Source: a virus. From it: DNA of 64,000 nt. Below, one piece after another: positions 57,401-64,000 of the stretch (its first letter is position 1; each line of letters starts with the position of its first letter). Under the pieces are notes generated by a model. The model was not told where the DNA came from. It searched no databases and saw nothing but the letters and a program-made list of their open reading frames with translations. The stretch lies in IMG/VR virus record IMGVR_UViG_3300028610_001991. One strand, given 5' to 3'. A program made the position numbers and the translations under genes.

Positions 57401-57481
57401 TATTTAAACTCAGATGTTGATTTTCCTGTTGATATAGAGGTGTATGAGAGGTGTTGGGGCGGAAAAAAAGTAAATATATAA
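54437..57481 (+). CDS. polA: Family A DNA polymerase with N-terminal uracil-DNA-glycosylase-like domain and 3'-5' exonuclease
   Basis: UDG4-like CKCR…CRQRTWEEI…PKLVIAMG; exonuclease YDVET, QNGIFD and YNAMD; polymerase TGRFS…NLQQIP, DLSQAELR, AKATSFGIPYG and QVHDS. Confidence 0.92.
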   Translation: MEEKTLCFGCDRSKNRYCKMDAVTHYDKQDGVMLIGSFPDESAAINNTHFYQEYRMLLDNILLEEKAGIDHYKVIYTYACKCRLKGYDKGPSLSQLRLCRQRTWEEIKKYKPKLVIAMGKEAMALFKNTDQGIMLIRGTGETYSDDIISGVTVCYTSGLNIFDVKKSSAGKSEDWKRDERNLMYSDFEWIGKVYKEPIYLHPQQALNFKTNYVVLKNDDTLEKYKEALDKIENDNRGIISYDVETRSLIDITILCLSITLIPGEAYVFPLLKERVVNQVKVDMYNKSIKMDSNGKKPLIDDKGKVLTTLKKKNGGISVRGYTYAALPDYFGEEYIIENKKVRKYVCDRLKKILTNPNIKKVTQNGIFDIHAVRHTFGIDVQGWSDDTMLMYSMIDEESIRGLKAMADMYIPRLRGYDHTLSSYIKKNKIKDRIELPYTTMQGPYNAMDTDATLSLYWQFKSIIIDRDPKDWDFYKRYAMRLQLIMYGVEKRGVYLDYKFIKSKKEELTQKMKDMAIPIIDFVSGSGIKRFKGLTYDNIDLVTGRMDKRTKECPAGFKVEGNTDVSDVLIAVGVCLKDKTPKGTYKQSGDALKQFLDHKVAGKFIQDVIGYREISKKNAFLIDYAKKLKGKDRLYARFTVHGAKTGRFSVKEPNLQQIPRDGDVKNVIVAPKGYHLVQVDLSQAELRILAHYADEISMKQVFKGFTATCSGAKDGYVFIKDKTAGDMNFFFAIKNLRDGEYYCFDSFKDRPDLIHVLGRMLLEKSGDKDFKIASDNVENKQWIHPLTPDEVNKVFLPGDSLDTGSGDIHMFIASQINNKVIWKVIKEERYDAKATSFGIPYGTTEVGLAYRLNKSIEEAKMLIALVFGKFPKIKQYIDDTITAAQLTARHNGGIGIVKTELGRKRHLLDIVDRNPRRRAQARRQAVNFRIQGTCHDLMVNHTIRVDEELKKRKSGAYIVNQVHDSLLFYCPKKETKGFISWIKPIMEIQYLNSDVDFPVDIEVYERCWGGKKVNI

Positions 57482-57522
57482 AAAAGTACTTAACTTTTTT
57501 TACAAAATGAGGATATATAGTA
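57480..57522 (+). repeat. 43-bp intergenic direct repeat, copy 2
   Basis: Identical to 45959-46001; begins within the polymerase stop codon. Confidence 0.9.
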
Positions 57523-57537
57523 ATAGAGGTGGCAAAG

Positions 57538-57879
57538 ATGAAAACAGAAGATTACTTTAAACCCATGTGTTTTTTAGAGAAACAGAATAGGGTGGCTTTA
57601 ACTCTAATCTCAACAAATAATTACACTAAGCAGGCACAAGATATTTTAAACAGAAAAGGCGTGGTTAAAATATTGGATCTATATAATAAAAACATTAGAG
57701 ATCAGATGCGGGTTGCTTTTTTAAAATACTATAGAAAAATAGACTATATTAGTAAATATAAAATACTTGATAAAGATACAATGCTTGTAGAAGTAGCAAC
57801 AACTTCTAAGGATAATAAAAAACAAACGCATCAGTATTATATAAGAGCTGTTAAAGTGTCAAAGGATTTTAAAATTTAA
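57538..57879 (+). CDS. Hypothetical protein
   Basis: Open frame; the GAGGTGG RBS favours the ATG at 57538 over the GTG at 57529. Confidence 0.65.
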   Translation: MKTEDYFKPMCFLEKQNRVALTLISTNNYTKQAQDILNRKGVVKILDLYNKNIRDQMRVAFLKYYRKIDYISKYKILDKDTMLVEVATTSKDNKKQTHQYYIRAVKVSKDFKI

Positions 57880-57909
57880 AGATACTAATTTTATAAAAAA
57901 GGAGGAATA

Positions 57910-58500
57910 ATGGAAGAAAAAACAGTGAAAGAGATAATTGCAGAGGTTGATGAGTCTATAGAAGGTTATATTAAGTACCTCAAGGAAAAGCATGAAGAGT
58001 TTGAAACAAAGTTTAATGTGTTAAAGGAGATCAAAAGTCAAGTAGGAACTAATCAGATTAAGACAATTAATCCTGATCGCCTTATTTTAGTCTGTGCTGA
58101 TTATCCTAACATAGCGGACTGGTTTTTAACTGAGTACGGTATAGTTACAAAAAGATTAACAGAGATGGAAGAAGTTTATGTTAAATGGTATGGCCCCAGA
58201 GCTAACTACGCTGAAACAGAAATGCAGAAAAATAAAGAGCATATAACACAGGCTACCATAAAAACTAAAGTTTCAATACTGTATGCTACTGAGTACAAAG
58301 ATTGGCAGAATGAGTTATTAAAAATGAAGGTTGATAAAGAAATGTTAAAAGAGAGACTTAAAATAATTCATGATGCGCGATACTCTTTAAATACGCTGTC
58401 CATCCTGCGTCCTATATGGGATGTGGCTACCAGAGGTGATGCTCCCGTTGACGCTAATATGATAGACGCAGCAGACAATGAAATGAAAAACAATAAATAA
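57910..58500 (+). CDS. Coiled-coil protein, possibly a UvsY-like recombination mediator
   Basis: Helical and heptad-rich, upstream of SSB and RecA. The function is inferred from context only. Confidence 0.4.
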   Translation: MEEKTVKEIIAEVDESIEGYIKYLKEKHEEFETKFNVLKEIKSQVGTNQIKTINPDRLILVCADYPNIADWFLTEYGIVTKRLTEMEEVYVKWYGPRANYAETEMQKNKEHITQATIKTKVSILYATEYKDWQNELLKMKVDKEMLKERLKIIHDARYSLNTLSILRPIWDVATRGDAPVDANMIDAADNEMKNNK

Positions 58501-58519
58501 AATAATTAGGAGGATTTTA

Positions 58520-60103
58520 ATGAAAACAGTAAATGGTTTTACTTATGAACAACTAAAACTTGCAGGATGGACTGACGAAGTAATAAAAGGACATCCTGTG
58601 TACAAAGCTTTTTTTGAACCTGAATCAGCTCCACAGGCATCTGATGCGACACCTCAGGTTGTAAAAGGGGATGACAGATCCACTTTGAGTAAAGGAATGC
58701 ATTCGTCGGATGATATGCAGGGAGATGCCTCTAATGTTCAATTTGGCGGTCCAAAGTTTGAATCTTGTGTAGTAGAGGCTAATAACCAGAAAACAATGAG
58801 ATTTAAAGGTCCTTACACCAGATCAAGAAAACATTGGATAGTGTGTGATGATGGAACAACTAGGCCTTTTAATTGTGGTTACGTTGAAGATGGAGGAAGA
58901 TGTATAGTAGAGGATGTTACGGATCCTCTGATTGGCGAAGATTCTTATGAGTTAAAGGCTGATCCTAATGTTCATGTATTACCCGGACAGAGACCGGCAA
59001 AGAAAAGACATTACAAATGGAAAGAATATAACCCTACCCTTTTAGCAGAATTACTAGGAGAGGGCGCAGCTAATGCAAATTCATGGTATTCCAGGGAAAT
59101 GTTTCTTTTTAATACAATTGATAGGGATTCTGTATGGTGTCAAAAAAATAAACATACAAAAATACTTTGTAAATCAGATAAAACAATAGGGATAGGCTCA
59201 ACTCTTTTTATTGAGATAAATAACCAAGCCAACGTGCATGGTAAGTATTTTACTTTTGATTATGTTATTGGTAAACAGGGTAGCGGTAGAAATACTAAGT
59301 ATTCTGCTACAGTTGCTCCGGGAGAGAATGCCAAGAATGCTTTAACACCAGAGGAAGCGGCATATGAAACATACGATTTATCTTCTTTTATAATACCTGC
59401 TGCTGAAAAATATATACTAGAGAATCTGGCGCAAAAGTTTAAACTGGTAATAGACTTTTGTAGAAAGATGAAGATTATTACCCAAAAACAAATAGAGGTA
59501 GAGAAAAGATTATACGCAGAAGGTTATCTTACAGATGACGGTTTAACAACGGCTAATTATACCCCACCGAGCCCTGCTCCCACGGATACACCTGTATCAC
59601 CTGCACCTGCACCTGCACCTGCAGCAGAAGTAGTAACAGAGACACCGCCTCAGCTTGTTAATACAGCTTCAGATGCTTCGCCTGTACTACCATATGCCCC
59701 GCCTGTACCACCAGAGGCTCCACCTGCACCACCAGCTGCTCCAGTTGCTTCATCTGCTCCAGTTGCTTCATCTGCTCCGCCTGCACCACCAGCTGCTCCG
59801 CCTGCACCACCAGATGCTCCGCCTGCACCATCAGAGACTCCACCTGTTGCTCCAGTTGCTTCAGCTGCTCCGCCTGTGCCTCCAGATGCTCCATCTGCAC
59901 CACCTGTACTGCCAGCCCCAGAAAAAACTGCTGCTGCACCGCCACCTCCTTCTGCTCATGTATCATCGGCTTTACCAGTAGCAGAAGAGCTTCCTATAGA
60001 TGTATCTGAACCGCCGGGAGTTCAATGTCCTTCATGTAGAACAGTTAGTGGATTAAATGAGACGGCGTGTAAGAACTGTGGAGGAAAACTAACACCATTT
60101 TAA
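58520..60103 (+). CDS. Putative single-stranded DNA-binding protein with Pro/Ala linker and C-terminal zinc ribbon
   Basis: gp32-like core (…FNTIDR…DYVIGKQGSGRNTKYS), adjacent to recA; ends CPSC…CKNCGGKL. Confidence 0.6.
   Translation: MKTVNGFTYEQLKLAGWTDEVIKGHPVYKAFFEPESAPQASDATPQVVKGDDRSTLSKGMHSSDDMQGDASNVQFGGPKFESCVVEANNQKTMRFKGPYTRSRKHWIVCDDGTTRPFNCGYVEDGGRCIVEDVTDPLIGEDSYELKADPNVHVLPGQRPAKKRHYKWKEYNPTLLAELLGEGAANANSWYSREMFLFNTIDRDSVWCQKNKHTKILCKSDKTIGIGSTLFIEINNQANVHGKYFTFDYVIGKQGSGRNTKYSATVAPGENAKNALTPEEAAYETYDLSSFIIPAAEKYILENLAQKFKLVIDFCRKMKIITQKQIEVEKRLYAEGYLTDDGLTTANYTPPSPAPTDTPVSPAPAPAPAAEVVTETPPQLVNTASDASPVLPYAPPVPPEAPPAPPAAPVASSAPVASSAPPAPPAAPPAPPDAPPAPSETPPVAPVASAAPPVPPDAPSAPPVLPAPEKTAAAPPPPSAHVSSALPVAEELPIDVSEPPGVQCPSCRTVSGLNETACKNCGGKLTPF
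59600..59900 (+). repeat. Coding tandem repeats of the Pro/Ala linker
   Basis: CCTGCA x4 (59600-23); 18-mer CTGCTCCAGTTGCTTCAT x2 (59736-71); 21-mer CTGCTCCGCCTGCACCACCAG about x3 (59772-59834). Confidence 0.9.
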
Positions 60104-60119
60104 TAAAGGGTAAAAAAAA

Positions 60120-61544
60120 ATGAGTAAGAAAGATAATTCAATTCCTTCCCTAATAGATTTTATGACAAAATCTATAGGGAAGAGCGAATATATATTTAAA
60201 CTAAGCGAGATAAAGGAGCGGGATTATGTAGGCTGTCTCGTTCCTTCTCCCCAGTTTGAGCATGTTCTTGAAAGTAGTAAGGGCTTAATTCCTTATGGGA
60301 GTATAGTGGAATTTATAGGATGGGAGTCTGTAGGGAAGACAACATGGGCATGGCAGATTTTAGCATCTGAGCTATTATATGATCTTAGGTCTATAGGACA
60401 TTATAACGATGTTGAAAGGTCTGGTCAGGGATATCAGATGGCTGAAGTTTTTAATGTAGATAACAATAGGTGTTGGATAAGTCAGCCTAATAGTGCAAAA
60501 GAAGCACTAAACAGCACTACAGCTTTTTTATTAAAGATGAAAAGTTTTAGGGAACAGCCGGGAGTTATAAATTTACCTGAAAAAGATAAACCGCATTGTG
60601 TTTGTATACTGGATTCAGTTGCAGCTTTAAACCCAACAGTTTTAATAGCAGGGGATGAAAAGGAAGAGAAGAAATCAAAACAGAAAGCTCTTTTAGCTAG
60701 TATGATGAGTGAGTACTGTAAAGGGATTACATCATTAGTAGTTAATGCAGGAGCTATACTAATCTTTATAAACCAGTGGAGACATGCTTTTGATTTTAAA
60801 AGATCGTGGAATGAGCCTTGTGGAGGTACAGCTCTGCGTTTTACTTATGACCTTAGATTTAGCATCATAAAATTATCTGTTGAAAAAGTAGGGGATGAAG
60901 AAGTTGGTTTAAAATGCCTTATAAAAAATATTAAACATAAATTTGGAACATCTAACAGAAAAGCAGAAGTTGTATTTGGGTGGGGTAACGGTCCTTATGA
61001 TTTAGGTATGGATTTGTTTTATGATTTACATATTATATCAGAAAAAAAAGGATTTAGATTTCAGCCTAAAGGTAATACGTGGTCAACTATATTTATAAAT
61101 GAAAAGGGTAGTGTAGCCTGTACCTCAGATTTAGAACCTGAGTTATTAAAGACACTAGCTGATACAAAAAATAAAATAAAAAGAAATGATACGCTGAAAG
61201 AGTTAAAGTTAACGGATATCAGATTTCAAGGCATAAGCGGATTGAAAAAAAAGTTACTTAAGGATAAAAAGTTACTTGATGAGTTAATAGATGCATGTGA
61301 GCTTAAAAGGTATAAAGCTTTATTTCATGACAGGTATAAGGCAATGAAAAAAAGACAAGAGGAGCTTAGTATAATAGAAGAAGAAGATATTACACATGAA
61401 GTTGATATTGAAAAAGATGAGAGTGGTGGTAAGATTAAGCAGATAGATGATGGAGGGTATACCTCTCCATTAGATGAAGCGCATAAACGTATGACGGAAG
61501 ATGTGGCGGCTTTAAAAGGGAAAGAAAATGGAACTCAAGTTTAA
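60120..61544 (+). CDS. recA: RecA/UvsX-like recombinase with acidic C-terminal extension
   Basis: Motifs GWESVGKTT, ILDSVAAL, IFINQWR, GGTALRF and KHKFG. Confidence 0.85.
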   Translation: MSKKDNSIPSLIDFMTKSIGKSEYIFKLSEIKERDYVGCLVPSPQFEHVLESSKGLIPYGSIVEFIGWESVGKTTWAWQILASELLYDLRSIGHYNDVERSGQGYQMAEVFNVDNNRCWISQPNSAKEALNSTTAFLLKMKSFREQPGVINLPEKDKPHCVCILDSVAALNPTVLIAGDEKEEKKSKQKALLASMMSEYCKGITSLVVNAGAILIFINQWRHAFDFKRSWNEPCGGTALRFTYDLRFSIIKLSVEKVGDEEVGLKCLIKNIKHKFGTSNRKAEVVFGWGNGPYDLGMDLFYDLHIISEKKGFRFQPKGNTWSTIFINEKGSVACTSDLEPELLKTLADTKNKIKRNDTLKELKLTDIRFQGISGLKKKLLKDKKLLDELIDACELKRYKALFHDRYKAMKKRQEELSIIEEEDITHEVDIEKDESGGKIKQIDDGGYTSPLDEAHKRMTEDVAALKGKENGTQV

Positions 61545-61800
61545 AAGTTTACCTATTACTGAAAAGCAGAAAGAGTTATTTACAAAGATTTATCAGCTTT
61601 TTTTTAAGTATTGTAGTAAGAAATATGGCAGAGATACTAAGCACATGAGTTATATAAGTGCTTTTTTAAAGATAATAGAGCTAGACGTACTGCTGCTTCT
61701 ATCTGCAGAAAAAGATCCTGATTATTTTATTGAATTAATGCAGCAGTTTGCAGCAAATATAGAAGATAAACTAATAAAATTAGAAAAGGGGTCCGCATGA
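61528..61800 (+). CDS. Hypothetical protein
   Basis: 90-aa ORF that overlaps both neighbours. Confidence 0.6.
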   Translation: MELKFKSLPITEKQKELFTKIYQLFFKYCSKKYGRDTKHMSYISAFLKIIELDVLLLLSAEKDPDYFIELMQQFAANIEDKLIKLEKGSA

Positions 61801-62621
61801 AAGAAATAATTGTAGCTTTAGACTTAGACACACCTGTAGAGGCTATGGAATTAGTAAAGAAATTTCGTGAAGCAAAAGAGGATGTTTGGTTTAAGGTAGG
61901 TAGTGTATTGTTTACACATAAACATGGTCGACAGCTTATTAGTAGAATTAAAGGGGGTGGTTTTAAATTGATGCTTGATCTTAAGTATCACGATATTCCG
62001 AATACAGTTAACAAAGCTTGTAAAAACGCAGCAGAGATAGGCATAAGTGCAGATATGCTTACAGTACATTTGTCCGGCGGACTTGCAATGCTTGAGGCAG
62101 CAATGGAAGGAGTAAGGGCAGGTAAGCGTTATAGTACCAGTAGATTATGTAAGGTATTTGGTATCTCTATATTAACATCTATAGATCAGCGTATTTTAAA
62201 TGAAGAATTAAATATTGATATGGAACTCAGCACGCAGGTTGATACTTTGGTCGGACTAGGAGATAAGGCCGGTATTGACGGAATAGTATGCTCAGCTCAT
62301 GAAACTGAAGATGTGCGAAGAGAACACCCAAAATTGAAAATAATCAATCCGGGTATTAGGGTGAAAGATTGTGGGAATTGTAAATGGCCTGACGCAGGTA
62401 CATGTGATCATTGTGCAGGAGAAAACTTCGGACATACTACTGAAATAGGCGGGACGCATGGCTGGCATTGTGAAAATTGGAAACCTAAGGATGACCAGAA
62501 ACGTATCGCAACACCTAAAGTAGCATTTGATGCTGGCGCTAATTTTATTGTAATGGGTAGGCAGGTTTATCAGAACCCGGACCCTGTTAAATTTATTAAA
62601 GAAGTAAAGAGTAATCTGTAA
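61797..62621 (+). CDS. pyrF: Orotidine-5'-phosphate decarboxylase with Cys-rich insertion
   Basis: Motifs IVALD, FKVG, DLKYHDIPNTV, TVH, LTS, DGIVCS, PGIR, DDQKR and IVMGR. Confidence 0.92.
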   Translation: MKEIIVALDLDTPVEAMELVKKFREAKEDVWFKVGSVLFTHKHGRQLISRIKGGGFKLMLDLKYHDIPNTVNKACKNAAEIGISADMLTVHLSGGLAMLEAAMEGVRAGKRYSTSRLCKVFGISILTSIDQRILNEELNIDMELSTQVDTLVGLGDKAGIDGIVCSAHETEDVRREHPKLKIINPGIRVKDCGNCKWPDAGTCDHCAGENFGHTTEIGGTHGWHCENWKPKDDQKRIATPKVAFDAGANFIVMGRQVYQNPDPVKFIKEVKSNL

Positions 62622-62830
62622 TGTATAAAGTAAAAACTGATCTATCTTTATTTGAAAGATCAAAGAGGATACAGAGCGTTACTAGAGTTCTTTCTAGTAT
62701 AGTACAAAACGATATGGAGATATCAGGTAACGACCTTATTGAATTTAATAGGATTGTAGATTCTTTAATAAATGATATACAGCAATACAGAGAAGATGTA
62801 AATAAATATATAAAAGGAGGGAACTTATGA
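62621..62830 (+). CDS. Hypothetical protein
   Basis: 69-aa ORF translationally coupled between pyrF and pyrE. Confidence 0.55.
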   Translation: MYKVKTDLSLFERSKRIQSVTRVLSSIVQNDMEISGNDLIEFNRIVDSLINDIQQYREDVNKYIKGGNL

Positions 62831-63522
62831 AACAGCAGTCAGGGTATAAGTACAGCTACAGCACTACAACTATTATTGAGTGGTTAATGAAAAATAACAT
62901 TTTGTTATTTAATAAAGAGAATCCGTTTACATTAAAGTCCGGAAAAACTAGCAGCTACTTTTTTAATATGGGTAACATTAATAAGGGAGGGTCTCTTGCA
63001 ATAATGGGTTTAATGTTTCAACAAAAGATTACAGAGATTATTAATCGGCTTGATCAAGATATTGTTGTGTTTGGGTCTGCTTATAAGGGTATACCTATCT
63101 GTACAGTAGTTGCTCAAACTCTTGATACGATGAACATTAAAAGAAATGCTTATTTTTGTTTCGACAGAAAAGAAGAAAAGGACCATGGAGACGGGGGGAA
63201 GTTTGTAGGGAAGGACCCAAAAGGGATGTATGTAATTATTGTAGATGATGTTCTTACTTCCGGAAACTCTTTATTACAGGCTGCAGAGAAGCTTAAGAAA
63301 TGGGGCGGTACTGTTGTTGGTGCATGTGTTGGTATTGATCGTATGGAGCCAGGTGATGTAGATCCTGGCGGAAATCCAATGACTATGAGAGAGGTTATTT
63401 CAAGACAGATGGGTGTTACGATTGCTAGTGTAATTGATGTAGAAACTATAGCGAAAAGCCTTATTGAAGGTAACCAACATGAAGAAGAGTGTTTAGAAAT
63501 GCTTAAAGCTATAGGACGTTAA
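62827..63522 (+). CDS. pyrE: Orotate phosphoribosyltransferase
   Basis: Motifs FTLKSGKTSSYFFN, FGSAYKGIP, DRKEEKDHGDGG and IVDDVLTSG. Confidence 0.92.
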   Translation: MKQQSGYKYSYSTTTIIEWLMKNNILLFNKENPFTLKSGKTSSYFFNMGNINKGGSLAIMGLMFQQKITEIINRLDQDIVVFGSAYKGIPICTVVAQTLDTMNIKRNAYFCFDRKEEKDHGDGGKFVGKDPKGMYVIIVDDVLTSGNSLLQAAEKLKKWGGTVVGACVGIDRMEPGDVDPGGNPMTMREVISRQMGVTIASVIDVETIAKSLIEGNQHEEECLEMLKAIGR

Positions 63523-63525
63523 AGA

Positions 63526-63969
63526 ATGAAAATATATGTAGCTTCTTCCTGGAGAAATGAAAGGTACTCTGCAGTAGTTAAAAGATTAAGAGAGGAAGGC
63601 TTTGAAGCATATGACTTTAAAGAGACTGATGACTTTGGTTGGGGTGGTTTTAGTTGGGGAGATATTGATCCTAAATGGAAAAACTGGACATCAGTAGAAC
63701 TTATTAAAGGACTGCAGCATCCCTTAGCTGAACAAGGATTTAAAAGGGATAAAGAAGCATTAGATGAATGTGATATTTGTATATTAGTTATGCCTTGTGG
63801 TAGAAGTGCTCATCTTGAGTTAGGCTACGCTGTAGGAAAAAATAAGAAGACTATTGTACTTCTAGACAACGGTGAGCCAGAGTTAATGTATAAATTTGTT
63901 GATCTTGTGGCTGATTCTATTGAAGGTGTTATTTTGTGGTGTTATGCACTTAAAGGAGAAGGTAAATGA
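63526..63969 (+). CDS. Nucleoside 2-deoxyribosyltransferase-like protein
   Basis: Motifs KIYVASSW…DKEALDECDICILV…GRSAHLELGYA. Confidence 0.75.
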   Translation: MKIYVASSWRNERYSAVVKRLREEGFEAYDFKETDDFGWGGFSWGDIDPKWKNWTSVELIKGLQHPLAEQGFKRDKEALDECDICILVMPCGRSAHLELGYAVGKNKKTIVLLDNGEPELMYKFVDLVADSIEGVILWCYALKGEGK

Positions 63970-64000
63970 AAGTTACTACAGTAGATATATGCCCTAGTTG
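63966..64000 (+). CDS. Start of a further ORF, truncated by the window edge
   Basis: ATGA overlap; reads MKVTTVDICPS… with no stop before 64000. Confidence 0.4.
   Translation, partial: MKVTTVDICPS

Noticed and set aside
45959-57522. The 43-bp repeat as a CRISPR repeat or insertion-sequence terminus
   Set aside because: There are only two direct copies 11.5 kb apart, with no spacer array, no cas genes and no transposase; the enclosed genes are core replication genes.
59655-59981. Leu/His/Gln-rich and Gln/Val-rich alternative ORFs
   Set aside because: These are frame and antisense shadows of the Pro/Ala tandem repeats in the SSB gene.
1-64000. Alternative genetic code (stop-codon reassignment)
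   Set aside because: Standard code 11 gives near-complete coding density with TAA, TAG and TGA all ending genes at sensible domain boundaries. The two split-LamG junctions need a frameshift, not readthrough, because further stops follow in frame.
1-64000. tRNA, rRNA, CRISPR arrays and strong Rho-independent terminators
   Set aside because: Intergenic gaps are mostly under 50 bp; no cloverleaf, repeat-spacer array or GC-rich hairpin followed by a U-tract was seen.
1-64000. Impression that CCGG occurs often for an AT-rich genome
   Set aside because: This cannot be quantified by eye and may reflect Pro-Gly/Pro-Glu codon pairs. It would need observed/expected tetranucleotide counts under a codon-aware Markov model.

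Overview
The window is a 64 kb, AT-rich, densely packed segment of a large tailed bacteriophage genome, with every credible gene on the + strand and many ATGA/TAATG overlaps. Order of modules: (1) 1-31.1 kb tail module: tape measure, distal-tail-like protein, a 2183-aa tail protein, a beta-helix tailspike with a C-terminal intramolecular chaperone, small fibre proteins and five LamG/concanavalin-like proteins; (2) 31.1-32.6 kb lysis genes; (3) 32.6-45.9 kb, a 16-gene glycan synthesis/decoration cluster (glycosyltransferases, methyltransferases, kinase-methyltransferase fusion, sulfotransferase-like protein, fcl, gmd, APS-kinase fusion); (4) 46-61.5 kb replication/recombination genes (intein-containing SF2 helicase, RuvC-like, DnaC-like, DnaB, DnaG, SNase, UDG-fused family A polymerase, SSB, RecA); (5) pyrF, pyrE and an NDT-like gene. 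The strongest candidate for an undescribed system is a complete three-gene CXXX-repeat radical-SAM modification cassette inside the tail operon, whose 54-Cys substrate is fused to a virion-type discoidin domain. This suggests an enzymatically cross-linked or metal-loaded virion appendage. Other notable observations: Russian-doll nested LamG domains, a possible self-sufficient glycan sulfation pathway, an intein lacking both usual catalytic histidines, a Cys-rich insertion in PyrF, a catalytically degenerate SNase paralog and an exact 43-bp intergenic repeat. All family assignments come from motif recognition by eye; no database searches were run.
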